From Candidatus Saccharimonadaceae bacterium (GTDB lineage Bacteria > Patescibacteriota > Saccharimonadia > Saccharimonadales > Saccharimonadaceae): a DNA stretch of 56,744 bases. Both the position numbers and the translations under genes were made by a program. This document shows, one piece after another, positions 8,573 through 19,293 of the stretch (positions are counted from its first letter, which is position 1; each line of letters begins with the position of its first letter). Below the pieces are notes generated by a model, which saw only the letters and a program-made list of their open reading frames with translations, was not told the DNA's origin and ran no database searches. Location: contig JBDHUL010000001.1 of NCBI GenBank assembly GCA_039812985.1, positions 1 to 56,744 on the forward strand, read 5' to 3'.

Positions 8573-9907
8573 CTAGAGCGACAAAGAACTTTTTACGGCG
8601 CCTTTAGATTTCTTTGTTTTCATCCTATAGGCCTTAGAAAGCTGCCGGTATGACTTTGTCGTGAATCCACCGAGCGCAAGACCACTGAGCGCGAGGCCGC
8701 TTGCAAGAAAAACCAGCGCAATCCCACGTGCGTTTCCTTGGCCTACCAACCACCCCCAGGCGGCCTGACCTTCTGGAGTTTTCATATACGGGATCAGCCA
8801 AAATTGTGCCACTGGGCCGATGAGGTATGCGGTGATGGGTGCAGCAGCTGCCTCGACACTCTGGCCAAATCCAAACACGCGGCCCTGTTTTGCTAGCGGT
8901 ACTATTTTTTGAAGTGTCGTTTGTTCGGCAGCCTCAGCAATTGGCATAAAAATCATGTAGGCCACAATACCGCCCACAAGAAGGAAAATCGACTCGCGAA
9001 TAGTAAAGAGTGCGCCTATCAGACCTGTCGCAACGTTGACAAGCAGCAAGACTTTTAGGGGTTGCTTGCCAAGACCTTTTTTCGCAACAATCCCCCCGCC
9101 GATCATAAACCCTACGCTCGACACCGCATACACCAGCCCCCAGACCTGCACGGACATGAGCGTAAGGCCATATGGGTCAAGCAGGGACATAAACACTCCA
9201 CCTACCAGATTGTTAAAGGTAGCAAAAAGGATAAGTGCAAAAAGTCCTGGTACGGCCCGTATTGCCCTCCAAGCTCCTCGCACGTCAACAAGCTTAGTGA
9301 GATTCGGGTCATGCTGTAGATGATCTTCGTCAATACGCACAAACATCAGGTCAATCAGTGCAAATACAGTCAAGGCTATCGAAATAAGGAGTGTCCATCC
9401 CATACCAAGGTAACCGATTGCCAATCCGCTAAATATCGATGTCACCATAAACGCCAGCCCCTGCACCATACCAACCAGACCATTGGCGTTAGCCCTCTTT
9501 TCCTCCGGCACCATGATAGTGACGCAGGTTGAAAGCGCAATGTTTCGAATATTTTCTACGATACATCCAATGAGTATGACCACCGTAAACAGCCAGAACC
9601 AAGGCCCTCCAACAGTGAGCAACAGCGCCTTTGGCACCATCAGAAATATCACACCAGCTAGTCCGAATGACATGGTCGTGACAAACGAGGCAATCTCCAT
9701 GATCTTCTTTTTTTTGTGCTTGTCTACTAGTGTCCCAAAAAACATTCCCGTAGCCGCCATCATAAGCATAAAACTTCCGCCCAGTATGGCAGTTGCTAAA
9801 ACGTTTTTCGTTTCCAAATAGACCCAAAACGTAAGCGCAAACCACAAAAAACTTGTGGTCACGTTCGCAATGAGTGTGTTGATAAGTAATCGGTAAAAAT
9901 ATCGCAT
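8573..9907 (-). CDS. MFS transporter
   Basis: The ORF-track entry 8573..10384 is trimmed to the ATG at 9907 (MRYFYRLL..). From there it is 444 aa with about 12 hydrophobic helices. The extra 159 N-terminal codons overlap mtlD on the other strand and are non-hydrophobic junk. Confidence 0.8.
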   Translation of the reverse strand: MRYFYRLLINTLIANVTTSFLWFALTFWVYLETKNVLATAILGGSFMLMMAATGMFFGTLVDKHKKKKIMEIASFVTTMSFGLAGVIFLMVPKALLLTVGGPWFWLFTVVILIGCIVENIRNIALSTCVTIMVPEEKRANANGLVGMVQGLAFMVTSIFSGLAIGYLGMGWTLLISIALTVFALIDLMFVRIDEDHLQHDPNLTKLVDVRGAWRAIRAVPGLFALILFATFNNLVGGVFMSLLDPYGLTLMSVQVWGLVYAVSSVGFMIGGGIVAKKGLGKQPLKVLLLVNVATGLIGALFTIRESIFLLVGGIVAYMIFMPIAEAAEQTTLQKIVPLAKQGRVFGFGQSVEAAAAPITAYLIGPVAQFWLIPYMKTPEGQAAWGWLVGQGNARGIALVFLASGLALSGLALGGFTTKSYRQLSKAYRMKTKKSKGAVKSSLSL

Positions 9908-9958
9908 AACCCATCCTAGTATACACACATTTAACACCTCGTGTGCTACCATGGGCCC

Positions 9959-11137
9959 ATGGACACGCCAAGCACGACCCCAAACCTTCATGCTCTCCAG
10001 ATTGGTGCCGGAAACATTGGCCGAGCACTCCTTGGCGACGTGCTGTCCGAAGCTGGGTTTCATATCACGTTCGCCGATGTCAACGAAACGCTTGTCGCTT
10101 CCCTCAACCAACGAAAGGCCTACGATATCGACATTGTGTCGGCTAATGGGAAGGAAAAACGTCACATCGCGGGTGTTGATGCTATATCGTCCCTCAGTGA
10201 AGCTGATATGACGCACCATATTATTGCGGCCGATATCATCACTACCGCTGTTGGAGTTGGAATACTTCCACATGTCGCACCAGCGCTCTGCCGCGGTATT
10301 ATGACACGCATTGAACATGGGGTAACAAAACCGCTCGTCGTCGTGGCCTGCGAAAATGTCACTCGCAACACAAGCGTGCTCCACGACGAGATTATGACAC
10401 GGCTCCCCGACGATTCGTGGCGAGCCCGGGTGCGCGCAGCTGTTAGTTTCCCAAACTGCGTGGTTGATCGTATTGTCCCAAACTCACCACCGACACACAA
10501 CCCCTTGCGTGTCACCACCGAAGCTTACTCCTTCATCGCTATAGACAAAACAGCCCTCGTGGCAGATTTTCCGAATATACCTGGTATATTACTCGTCGAT
10601 GACCTAAATGACATACTGGCGCAAAAATTGTTTACCTTTAACGGTGTCCATGCCGCTGCGGCCTATTTGGGGTTTCGCCGTGGTTGCCACACCATTGCAG
10701 ACGCCGCAACTCATCCGGACATTGAACCGGTGCTCCAGGCATTCCTTCGAGAAGTAAGTACGGTTGTTACCTCTCATTATCCATCAATCACCCCTGAGCA
10801 GCAGGACGTGTTTGCCCATAAAACGTTACTTCGAATTCAAAATCCCTACCTAAACGATTCGCTCGCTCGCGTGGGCAGAGAACCACTTCGCAAACTTGCA
10901 CCACACGATCGACTTGTTGCACCGGCCATCCTTGCCGCCAAAGACGGCGGTACGCTCACTGCCATCTGCACCGCCATTGCGGCAGCCTTGCATTACAGCA
11001 ACCCTGACGATCCACAAGCCGTTGAACTCCAAAGGCTGATCGCGCAGCATGGCGCACGCAAGGTGATTGCCGACATAACAGAACTTCCCCGAGAACATAG
11101 TATTGTCACGACAGTTGCTGAACTATACAAAAACTAG
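9959..11137 (+). CDS. mtlD: Mannitol-1-phosphate 5-dehydrogenase family protein
   Basis: N-terminal Rossmann motif LQIGAGNIGRALLG and overall length are typical of MtlD. The start is uncertain: ATG 9959 or GTG 9941. Confidence 0.75.
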   Translation: MDTPSTTPNLHALQIGAGNIGRALLGDVLSEAGFHITFADVNETLVASLNQRKAYDIDIVSANGKEKRHIAGVDAISSLSEADMTHHIIAADIITTAVGVGILPHVAPALCRGIMTRIEHGVTKPLVVVACENVTRNTSVLHDEIMTRLPDDSWRARVRAAVSFPNCVVDRIVPNSPPTHNPLRVTTEAYSFIAIDKTALVADFPNIPGILLVDDLNDILAQKLFTFNGVHAAAAYLGFRRGCHTIADAATHPDIEPVLQAFLREVSTVVTSHYPSITPEQQDVFAHKTLLRIQNPYLNDSLARVGREPLRKLAPHDRLVAPAILAAKDGGTLTAICTAIAAALHYSNPDDPQAVELQRLIAQHGARKVIADITELPREHSIVTTVAELYKN

Positions 11138-11175
11138 TGGTCAATCCGTTTAGTTTTTCCACGTACAGACATATG

Positions 11176-11580
11176 TTAGTGCGTGACAACTTTAGGCAGA
11201 GATGAGGCGTCATCAATCATCTTCGCTAGCTCTACTGCCGACGGTACCCGGTTAACCAGGTTTTTCGCATCGTTTACTTCAACAAGTTTTTCATACAGAT
11301 TTTCAGCATTTCGCTGGGCCAGTTCCATCGGGCTATCGACACCCGCTGCCTCGAGAAGGTCAGAGAACTCTTCACCAACACCGTTGATCCGCATAAGGTC
11401 AGCTCGATTTACCCATTCGAGTACCGTTGCTTCACTGACACCGATGGTTGCTGCGAGTTCTTCTCGACCCGATTTTGCACCAGCCACTTCGAGTAATTTT
11501 TCGGTCGTCTTCACACCAGCCTCGGCTAGTTTCTCTTTATACACTGGACCAATACCTTCGATATCGATAATACTTGTCAT
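11176..11580 (-). CDS. DUF4332 (helix-hairpin-helix) domain protein
   Basis: 134 aa. IEGIGP.Y.EKL...G..T...LL and L.RINGVGEE...LLEAAGVDS..ELA..N, typical of DUF4332. Confidence 0.7.
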   Translation of the reverse strand: MTSIIDIEGIGPVYKEKLAEAGVKTTEKLLEVAGAKSGREELAATIGVSEATVLEWVNRADLMRINGVGEEFSDLLEAAGVDSPMELAQRNAENLYEKLVEVNDAKNLVNRVPSAVELAKMIDDASSLPKVVTH

Positions 11581-11637
11581 GAGATTTCCTCCCCTTATAT
11601 TAGTACTTCTAGAGTATAGTTCATTTAGGCAAAAATA

Positions 11638-12546
11638 CTAGCTTTTATTCAACGATACAATACGCGTACGACATTCGTCTGCGTGATAAAGTTTTACCGG
11701 TTCCTGTTTGCACATTTCGCATATCAGGACGAGTTGGTTACATGACGGTTCGGCGCAATTTTCGAAGTTACTTGTGTTGCCGTTGCAGTGTACGCACTTA
11801 CCAATCGTTTTTGTGTGATCGGAGAAATTGACCGTCATACGATCATCAAAAACCCGCAGACTTCCTTCCCACAGGCCATCGTCCCCATAAGCTTCACCAT
11901 ATTTGACGATACCGCCATCGACTTGATAGACATCGGTAAACCCTCGTTTTTTCATCATGGCACTAATCACTTCACAGCGGATTCCGCCGGTACAATACGT
12001 GATAACTTTTTTGTTTTTTATATCGTCGTATACGTCACTATCGAGTTCTGTAAGGAAATCACGACTCGTGTTTGTGTTTGGCACGATAGCGTTTTTAAAC
12101 TTGCCAACCCGGGCTTCATGTTCATTGCGACCGTCAAAAAACACCACGTCATCCCCATACGTTTCAACCATTTCATTAACCTGTTCAGGTTTCAAGTGAA
12201 CACCACCGCCAACAACGCCATGCTCATCAACTTCAAATTCATCATCAGAATTTTGAAAACCAACAAGCTCACGTCGGTGTTTCACCGAGAGACGCGGGAA
12301 GTCGTCTCGATGACCGTCTGACCATTTCCACACAATATCCTTAAACGCCGGGTATTGTTTCGTGGCCTTTATATAGGCTTTTAGGTCGTCCAGCTCACCG
12401 CCAACCGTGCCATTGAGCCCATGTCGTGTGACGATAATCCGCCCTTTTAGGTGCAAACCCTCACACAGATTTTTCTGCCACAACTTCACCGCTTCCGGAT
12501 CTGAAAGCGGCGTGAATTTGTAGTAAAGAAGTATTTTTTGCATCAA
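11638..12546 (-). CDS. trhO: Rhodanese-domain tRNA U34 hydroxylase TrhO (YceA/UPF0176)
   Basis: 302 aa. N-terminal ILLYYKF.P..DPE and rhodanese active-site loop YCTGGIRCE, with a C-terminal Cys-rich tail. Confidence 0.85.
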   Translation of the reverse strand: MMQKILLYYKFTPLSDPEAVKLWQKNLCEGLHLKGRIIVTRHGLNGTVGGELDDLKAYIKATKQYPAFKDIVWKWSDGHRDDFPRLSVKHRRELVGFQNSDDEFEVDEHGVVGGGVHLKPEQVNEMVETYGDDVVFFDGRNEHEARVGKFKNAIVPNTNTSRDFLTELDSDVYDDIKNKKVITYCTGGIRCEVISAMMKKRGFTDVYQVDGGIVKYGEAYGDDGLWEGSLRVFDDRMTVNFSDHTKTIGKCVHCNGNTSNFENCAEPSCNQLVLICEMCKQEPVKLYHADECRTRIVSLNKS

Positions 12547-12556
12547 ACCTATTTTA

Positions 12557-12925
12557 TCACTTCACAGTACGGCGTAAAATCTTGTCCATCGATTTACCTT
12601 TTGCGAGTTCATCAACAAGTTTATCAAGGTAACGTCCTTCGCGGATAATACGGTCTTCGATCTCTTCAACTCGCACGCCGCACACAACACCGGTGATATA
12701 TTTTCGGTTTGGGTTCATGCGTGGCGCAGTGTCGAAAAAAGTTTCGAAATCGAGATCGTTCGCTAGCACTTTCGCAAAACTCTGTTCATTGTGCCCCGTC
12801 AGCCAAAAAATGACTTCTTTTAGCTCAAACTCAGTCCGCCCTTTTTTCTCCACCTTGGCGACATAATATGGGTAAACATGCGCCACGCTGATTTTGTGAA
12901 TGGTTCTCATTGCCATAAATGACAT
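12557..12925 (-). CDS. DUF2200 domain protein
   Basis: 122 aa. HKI...VYP.YV.K.EKKGRT..EL.EVI.WLTG; ..ITG.VCG.RVEEI.D...R..RYLDKLVDELAKGK matches my recollection of DUF2200. Confidence 0.65.
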   Translation of the reverse strand: MSFMAMRTIHKISVAHVYPYYVAKVEKKGRTEFELKEVIFWLTGHNEQSFAKVLANDLDFETFFDTAPRMNPNRKYITGVVCGVRVEEIEDRIIREGRYLDKLVDELAKGKSMDKILRRTVK

Positions 12926-12970
12926 TATAACCTAGCTACTCATGCACTCCGATTACTGTATAATGTCGAT

Positions 12971-14978
12971 ATGATCGAGAGAATCCAGTGGACGCTTGAA
13001 GATGATGTCAATGACTACGTTAAACGACAGCTTGACGCTATGGGCAAACTCAAAAATAGAGATTACACAGTTGAATCGAGCATGTCTCAATATATGCGCG
13101 AAGCTCTCGCCGGCTCCGCGAAAACACAACAAAAAACAAACTTCGGTAAGCCAGACTTTCAAATAGAGCAGTTCGATGCACCTGTCATAATTGAGGATAA
13201 GCTACATCTTAGTAAGCTAGTATCGAAAAATAAAGAAGGTGTAAAAAAAGATGACTCATCAATCAGTAACTTTGCGGTCAACGGCGCACTACACTACGCC
13301 CGCAATATGATAGCTAGCGGCAAATACCATGAAGTTGTTGCTATTGGTATCGCTGGAGACAATGCCGACAATGCGAGGCAAGAAGTATATTACGTCTATG
13401 GGTCAGGCGATGACACATACAAGCACATGGGTCAATACTCAACGCTTGATTTCCTAGAAAATAGCTCCACATTTAACCATTTCTATGAACAAGCAACACT
13501 TAGCGATGAAGAAAAACATCAGATCCTTATTGACTCACGCGACAAACTGCAAAAATACGCCAAAGAGCTCAATAAGCTCATGCACAATCACGCCATCACA
13601 GCACCCGAGCGAGTCCTGTACGTTTCGGGTATGCTTCTTTCTATGCAGGACCTTAACGACGAAAACGGTACTACCATCAAAGCCGGATTGACACCTGACG
13701 ATCTTAACGGGATCGACCTTATTGGCTCGCGCGATGGTGACACTATCGTAAGCCACATTACAAATTATCTCCGACTTAAAAATATTCCTCAGTCCAAGCT
13801 AAATCTTATGCTTGCAAGCTTCAACAAAATCAAAGATGATCCAGACCGCGACCAGGTATCCGCTCCCAGAAAAGAGGTAGCCAGGTTCATTAACGGAAAC
13901 GCAAGCACTAACAAACAAATTTTCACCTTTATTTACGAAACCATCTACCAGTCGATAGGTAGTATGGCTGGACACATCGATATCATGGGTGAGATGTATA
14001 GCGAATTCCTCAAATACGCGCTTGGTGACGGCAAGGAGATCGGTATAGTTCTTACTCCACCCTATATCACTAAAATGATGAGCCAAATTCTAGGTGTGAA
14101 TCCCGATTCCCGTGTAATGGATCTTGCTACGGGCTCTGCGGGATTCTTAATTTCAGCAATGCAACTTATGATAGAACAGGTAGAGCATAAATATGGCAAA
14201 AACTCGACTCAAGCCGAACAAAAAATTAATGAAATTAAGAAAAATCAACTACTCGGTGTAGAGCTTGATGCTAACATGTTTACTCTTGCGGCCACCAACA
14301 TGATCTTGCGCGGCGATGGAAGTAGTAATATACAAAAGGGCTCAAGTTTCGACCGGCCACCAGAGCTATATGAAAACTTTAAAGCCGATAAATTACTACT
14401 CAATCCTCCGTTTAGCTTCGACGAAAACGGCATGCCTTTTATAGAATTTGGTCTAAGGCATATGCGAATTGGCGGACGGGCGGCAATCATCATTCAAGAT
14501 AGCGCAGGGAGTGGCAAGGCGGTTAAATCCAACCAAGCAATACTCCGCCAAAATCAACTTATCGCAAGTATCAAAATGCCAGTTGACCTGTTTGTACCAA
14601 TGGCAGGCGTACAAACCTCTATCTATGTAGTCGAACATACAGGCAAACCGCACGACCATGAAAAGCAAGTTCGCTTCATCGATTTTCGTAATGATGGCTA
14701 CAAACGGGCAAAACGCGGCATTAGTGAGGTGAACAGTCCAGTCGAGCGTTACCACGACATAGTACAGATTTTCAAGAACGGACGAGACGCCAAAGTACAC
14801 GAAGGCTTGTGGGATCTGGAAAAAGTTGTAGTGATGGACGAAATCAGTGACAGCGGCGCCGACTGGAATTTTGACCAACATTTCAAAATAGATACACGGC
14901 CAACCGAGGAGGATTTTAAGCAAGTAGTTGGTGATTATTTAGCATGGGAGGTTGCACAAATACTGAGGAGTACGCAAT

Positions 14979-14989
<11 letters not shown>
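12971..14989 (+). CDS. Fused restriction endonuclease / N6-adenine DNA methyltransferase subunit (BcgI-A-like; gamma-class MTase)
   Basis: 672 aa. AdoMet motif I VMDLATGSAGFL and catalytic motif IV LLLNPPF. An N-terminal extension of about 350 aa carries a PD...(D/E)xK candidate (GKPDF-x12-IIEDK, nt about 13151-13201). Overlaps the downstream S gene by 11 nt. No HsdR-type helicase-nuclease gene is in the window. Confidence 0.85.
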
Positions 14990-15620
<631 letters not shown>

Positions 15621-15697
15621 GCGATCTATTTTCGAATATTCAACAGGGTTCTAGACTCAAAAAATCAGACCAAGAGCAAGGAAGTCTTCCTTTTATT

Positions 15698-16117
15698 ATG
15701 TCGGGCACGACAAATACCGGTGTGGTTGGTTACGTGTCAAATAGTGTCACTGTCTACCCGTCCAATTCGATTACAGTGGACATCTTTGGCAATGCATTCT
15801 ATCGCAATTACAAATATGGCATGGGAGATGACACTGGAGCTCTGTGGTCAAATGAAAATAAGTACAATCAATATCACATGTTGTATCTTACGAGTGTGAT
15901 ATCAACATCTCTTCGAGGCAGGTTTGACTATAGCCACAAACTTCGCTCATCGAAAATAAAACCATTTAAAATACACCTGCCTACTACCGATGATGGAAGG
16001 CCTGACCTAAACTTTATGGAGTTATTCATTCGTGCACAACAAAAACTCGCAATTCAGAATATGAGTGCATGGCGGACAAAAAATATCGAGATCGCTAAGC
16101 AAGTCGTAGCGATCTAG
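15698..16117 (+). CDS. RM specificity subunit, C-terminal half (TRD2 plus distal helix), out of frame with the N-terminal half
   Basis: ORF-track ATG 15698 is internal. The same frame is open back through the GCAA tract and reads ..FTTFAIGDLFSNIQQGSRLKKSDQEQGSLPFIMSGTTNTGVVGYVSN..SITVDIFGNAFYRNYKY, a paralogue of TRD1 including the canonical IGDLF TRD start, but with no start codon or RBS of its own. Confidence 0.8.
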   Translation: MSGTTNTGVVGYVSNSVTVYPSNSITVDIFGNAFYRNYKYGMGDDTGALWSNENKYNQYHMLYLTSVISTSLRGRFDYSHKLRSSKIKPFKIHLPTTDDGRPDLNFMELFIRAQQKLAIQNMSAWRTKNIEIAKQVVAI

Positions 16118-16468
16118 TTGGTGCTGAAATTTCTCCCGAAGAGCGTAGTCCGCCACTCACCCCACACTAGCCAGATGATCAGAATGTCGAGCAGCATCAA
16201 TACAAACATACGACCCACCAAGAACACGATTGCCATCACCATAATGCCGCCATATAGTTCATCCATATAGTTCATGATTTACTGTATCGAGACTATGCGC
16301 CATGTACTGCCCGATTACCCCACGGCTTTCAAGCACTTGGCCCTGCCAGGAAGTTAACAAATGATGCAGCGAACCAGGCGCAAACCATCGCCATAGCTCC
16401 GAGAGCAGCTCGACTGTGCCATCAAATCCTTTGACGCCGACCCCAATTTTATAAATCCGCTCGTCCAC
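16114..16468 (-). pseudogene. Small membrane-protein gene interrupted by a 13-bp tandem duplication (frameshift)
   Basis: ORF 16259..16468 ends at a TGA created inside the second copy of the duplication. With one copy removed, the frame continues ..NHELYGGIMVMAIVFLVGRMFVLMLLDILIIWLVWGEW.. to a TAG at 16114-16116, about 113 aa in total. Confidence 0.6.
16250..16275. repeat. Perfect 13-bp tandem duplication CCATATAGTTCAT x2
   Basis: Read directly: copies at 16250-16262 and 16263-16275. Confidence 0.97.
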
Positions 16469-16485
16469 GGATTTTCACGTAGGTG

Positions 16486-16514
16486 TTGCAATCGATTAAT
16501 CACTCCATTATACT
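16486..16514 (+). promoter_or_regulatory. Sigma70-like promoter TTGCAA-N17-TATACT for the ABC exporter
   Basis: Hexamers at 16486-16491 and 16509-16514, with a 17-nt spacer counted by hand. Confidence 0.4.
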
Positions 16515-16564
16515 AATTTCCACTATGAACCACATTGGTTCCTCTGCTCCAGGCAAACGTTCGG

Positions 16565-18385
16565 ATGGGCCGAACCTCTAGCAGAACTCTTAATTCATTT
16601 GCAAACAACGTAACGGAGAAAGGATGTATTTTGCAAAAACAAACGTTAAAGCTCCTGTGGCGATACTCAAGACCCTATGCAGGGAAACGATGGCTAGCGC
16701 TCATAAACGCAAGTTTCACCTCCTTCCTGTCGTCCTTTATCGGTCCTCTCGTCATTTCAGACCTCTTTAATCGTATCCAATCAGGCCACGTCACTCTTGA
16801 GAATTCGTGGGGCATTTTAACCGCATTTACCATAACGAAAATGTACGGTGAAATCGTTGGCTGGAGGATAACGATATGGGCCGCATGGGTATTTGAGACT
16901 GCGGGACAACGCGACATATACCACGACGTGTTCAAAAAACTGGCGCATGAAACAGTGGAATTTCACGCAAATCGATTCGGCGGCTCACTGGTTAGTCAGG
17001 CAGGAAAACTTAGTGGAGCATTTGAGAAATTTTGGGATACTCTCATTTTTCAGGTCGTCCCATCATTTACTGCGGTTATCGCGGCCACTGTCATATTGTG
17101 GATATTTTTCTGGCAGTATGCGTTGGTACTTCTGATCATCTCCGTGGTCTTTATTATCACAGTTTTCATGGGTTCACGCTTCCTGAAAGAACGAAATACT
17201 ATTGAAGCACAGGCAAGCACTAAAATGACTGGTTGGCTCGCTGATATGATTACAAATATCACAACAGTGAAGTCTTACGCCGGTGAACAGCACGAGCTTG
17301 AAAGAGCCGATGAAGTTTCAAAAAACTGGCGCGATAAAGCGATGTCATCAATGAGAGGATTTTTAGGAGCAAGTAGTATCTACTCGACAATCAGTACAAT
17401 CCTTACCATTGCGGCTCTTTTTGCGGCAATCATTGCAAGCGAGCACCGGATCATCTCAATAGGCATCGTATACCTTGCGCTCACCTACACATTTACGGTC
17501 GCAAGACAACTCTGGGAGATGAACAGTATTATGCGTCACTATAACCGAATCATGGGTGATGCGCATGATATGGTCGAGATTCTCAACACAACAACAGCGC
17601 TCATAGATATTGATTCGAAACGGCTCATTGTTTCGAAAGGTACTATCAACATAAAAAATATCTCATTTACCCATGATCACGGGAAAGGAGTGCGGATATT
17701 TAACAACTTTACACTGGATATCGCAGCCGGAGAGCGTGTAGGACTCGTCGGTCACAGCGGTTCCGGCAAGTCGAGTCTCGTTCGCCTACTACTTCGTTTT
17801 TCTGATAGGGATCGTGGAGAAATACTTATTGACGGTCAGGACATTGCACAAGTCACCCAGCACAGTCTGCGCGAAGCTATTGCGTATGTTCCCCAGGAGC
17901 CACTCCTCTTTCACAGATCGCTCCGTGACAATATACGTTACGCAAAACCGCATGCGAGCGATAAAGAGGTTATACATGCAGCAAAACTAGCCCATGCACA
18001 TGAGTTTATCTCATCCCTTTCTGACGGTTATGACACACTTGTTGGCGAGCGTGGTGTCAAACTGAGCGGCGGACAACGCCAGCGCATCGCCATCGCGCGG
18101 GCTATCCTAAAAGATGCTCCTATACTGATCCTTGACGAAGCAACGAGTGCACTTGACTCTGAGAGCGAGAAGCTTATCCAGAGTGCTCTTTCAAAACTGA
18201 TGCAGAATAGGACGAGCATCGTCATTGCACATCGTCTCTCGACCATTGCAAAGCTCGATAGGATTGTTGTGCTTGAGTCAGGAAAGATCATCGAAGACGG
18301 ACCACATCGTAACCTTCTTGCAAAAAATGGTATATACGCAAAACTCTGGGCGCATCAATCTGGCGGTTTCATAGAGGGAGAATAA
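16565..18385 (+). CDS. ABC exporter, fused permease/ATPase (MsbA/ABCB type)
   Basis: Six-TM ABC_membrane domain followed by Walker A GHSGSGKSS, signature LSGGQRQR, Walker B ILILDEATS and H-loop IAHRLST. The start is uncertain: ATG 16565, or TTG 16631 preceded by GGAGAAAGGA. Confidence 0.9.
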   Translation: MGRTSSRTLNSFANNVTEKGCILQKQTLKLLWRYSRPYAGKRWLALINASFTSFLSSFIGPLVISDLFNRIQSGHVTLENSWGILTAFTITKMYGEIVGWRITIWAAWVFETAGQRDIYHDVFKKLAHETVEFHANRFGGSLVSQAGKLSGAFEKFWDTLIFQVVPSFTAVIAATVILWIFFWQYALVLLIISVVFIITVFMGSRFLKERNTIEAQASTKMTGWLADMITNITTVKSYAGEQHELERADEVSKNWRDKAMSSMRGFLGASSIYSTISTILTIAALFAAIIASEHRIISIGIVYLALTYTFTVARQLWEMNSIMRHYNRIMGDAHDMVEILNTTTALIDIDSKRLIVSKGTINIKNISFTHDHGKGVRIFNNFTLDIAAGERVGLVGHSGSGKSSLVRLLLRFSDRDRGEILIDGQDIAQVTQHSLREAIAYVPQEPLLFHRSLRDNIRYAKPHASDKEVIHAAKLAHAHEFISSLSDGYDTLVGERGVKLSGGQRQRIAIARAILKDAPILILDEATSALDSESEKLIQSALSKLMQNRTSIVIAHRLSTIAKLDRIVVLESGKIIEDGPHRNLLAKNGIYAKLWAHQSGGFIEGE

Positions 18386-18386
18386 C

Positions 18387-18418
18387 AAAAAGACCGCGTT
18401 TTACACGCGGTCTTTTTG
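18387..18418. terminator. Bidirectional intrinsic terminator (AAAAAGACCGCG-TTTTACA-CGCGGTCTTTTT)
   Basis: 8-bp GC-rich stem flanked by an A-run and a T-run, lying between the convergent ABC exporter and rplY. Confidence 0.75.
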
Positions 18419-18435
18419 TGTATAACTGAATACGC

Positions 18436-19158
18436 TTACGCTTTCGCTTCGTTTGATTCAGCTGGTACTTCGGCGCCTTGCACGGCTTCAACTTCACTTT
18501 CATCGGTTGCGTCACCAGCAGAGGCTTCGTTCTGCGCTTGGAGTGCACTTGGCTCCCACACGCTTGCGACCTGCAAGTCAAGGATGCTTGGTTTTTCATC
18601 CTCTTCATCCTCTTCATCATCACGCCCGTCATCGTGTTCGACCAACTCAACATTTTCCGGCAGTACAATATCGCGCACCAGAACTTTTTCGCCAGCTTCT
18701 TTTAGGTGACGAATGTCAAGCTCAAGCGCATCTGGCATCTCAAGCGGCAACGCTCGTACTTCGAGACTGTCAATGTTTTGCAGGATAATAAGCCCGGACT
18801 TTTCGGCCTCGCTCTCACCTTCGCCGACCAGACGTATTGGCACTTCTGCCTCAATTGGCTTGTTTTGCCGAACGGCGTGAAATGCTACATGGTTAATGCT
18901 GTTTTTCGCCGGATCAATGCCGATTTCTTTCACCATCGCAATACGTTTTTTCTCGCCGATGCTGATATGGACGGGGGTATGCTTGCCAGCCTCTTTGACT
19001 ACCTTGTCGAGGTCGTTACTCGGTACTTGACCAGCCACCGGCTCCATACCGGGACCGTACACAACCACTGGTACAAGACCATCACGCCTCAGACGTCGCA
19101 CCTTTTTACCGTGTACCGTTCGCTCAGCAACTTTAAGAGTTAGTTTGTTGTCTCCCAT
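18436..19158 (-). CDS. rplY: 50S ribosomal protein L25 / general stress protein Ctc, with acidic C-terminal tail
   Basis: 240 aa. L..ER...GK...RRLRR.G.VP.V.YG start and a two-domain Ctc form. The tail is rich in D/E (DDGRDDEEDEEDE). Confidence 0.9.
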   Translation of the reverse strand: MGDNKLTLKVAERTVHGKKVRRLRRDGLVPVVVYGPGMEPVAGQVPSNDLDKVVKEAGKHTPVHISIGEKKRIAMVKEIGIDPAKNSINHVAFHAVRQNKPIEAEVPIRLVGEGESEAEKSGLIILQNIDSLEVRALPLEMPDALELDIRHLKEAGEKVLVRDIVLPENVELVEHDDGRDDEEDEEDEKPSILDLQVASVWEPSALQAQNEASAGDATDESEVEAVQGAEVPAESNEAKA

Positions 19159-19293
19159 TTCTTTCCTTTCATTGGATACCCGTTCGGAGAACGATTATAT
19201 TGTTAGTTGATAGAATATATTATAACACACTATAGCTCATGCACGGTGCGTGTCGGGAATGATAAGGCCGATTCTGCTATACTTAGAGAACCT

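Noticed and set aside
9908-10384. 159-codon N-terminal extension of the MFS transporter ORF (track entry 8573..10384)
   Set aside because: The extension is non-hydrophobic and overlaps the convincing mtlD gene on the other strand. The transporter homology starts at the ATG at 9907.
18590-18625. Short imperfect repeat TCATCCTCT x2 in the acidic tail of rplY as a hypermutable tract
   Set aside because: There are only two 9-bp units. They are in frame and encode an ordinary D/E-rich low-complexity tail, with no evidence of a switch function.
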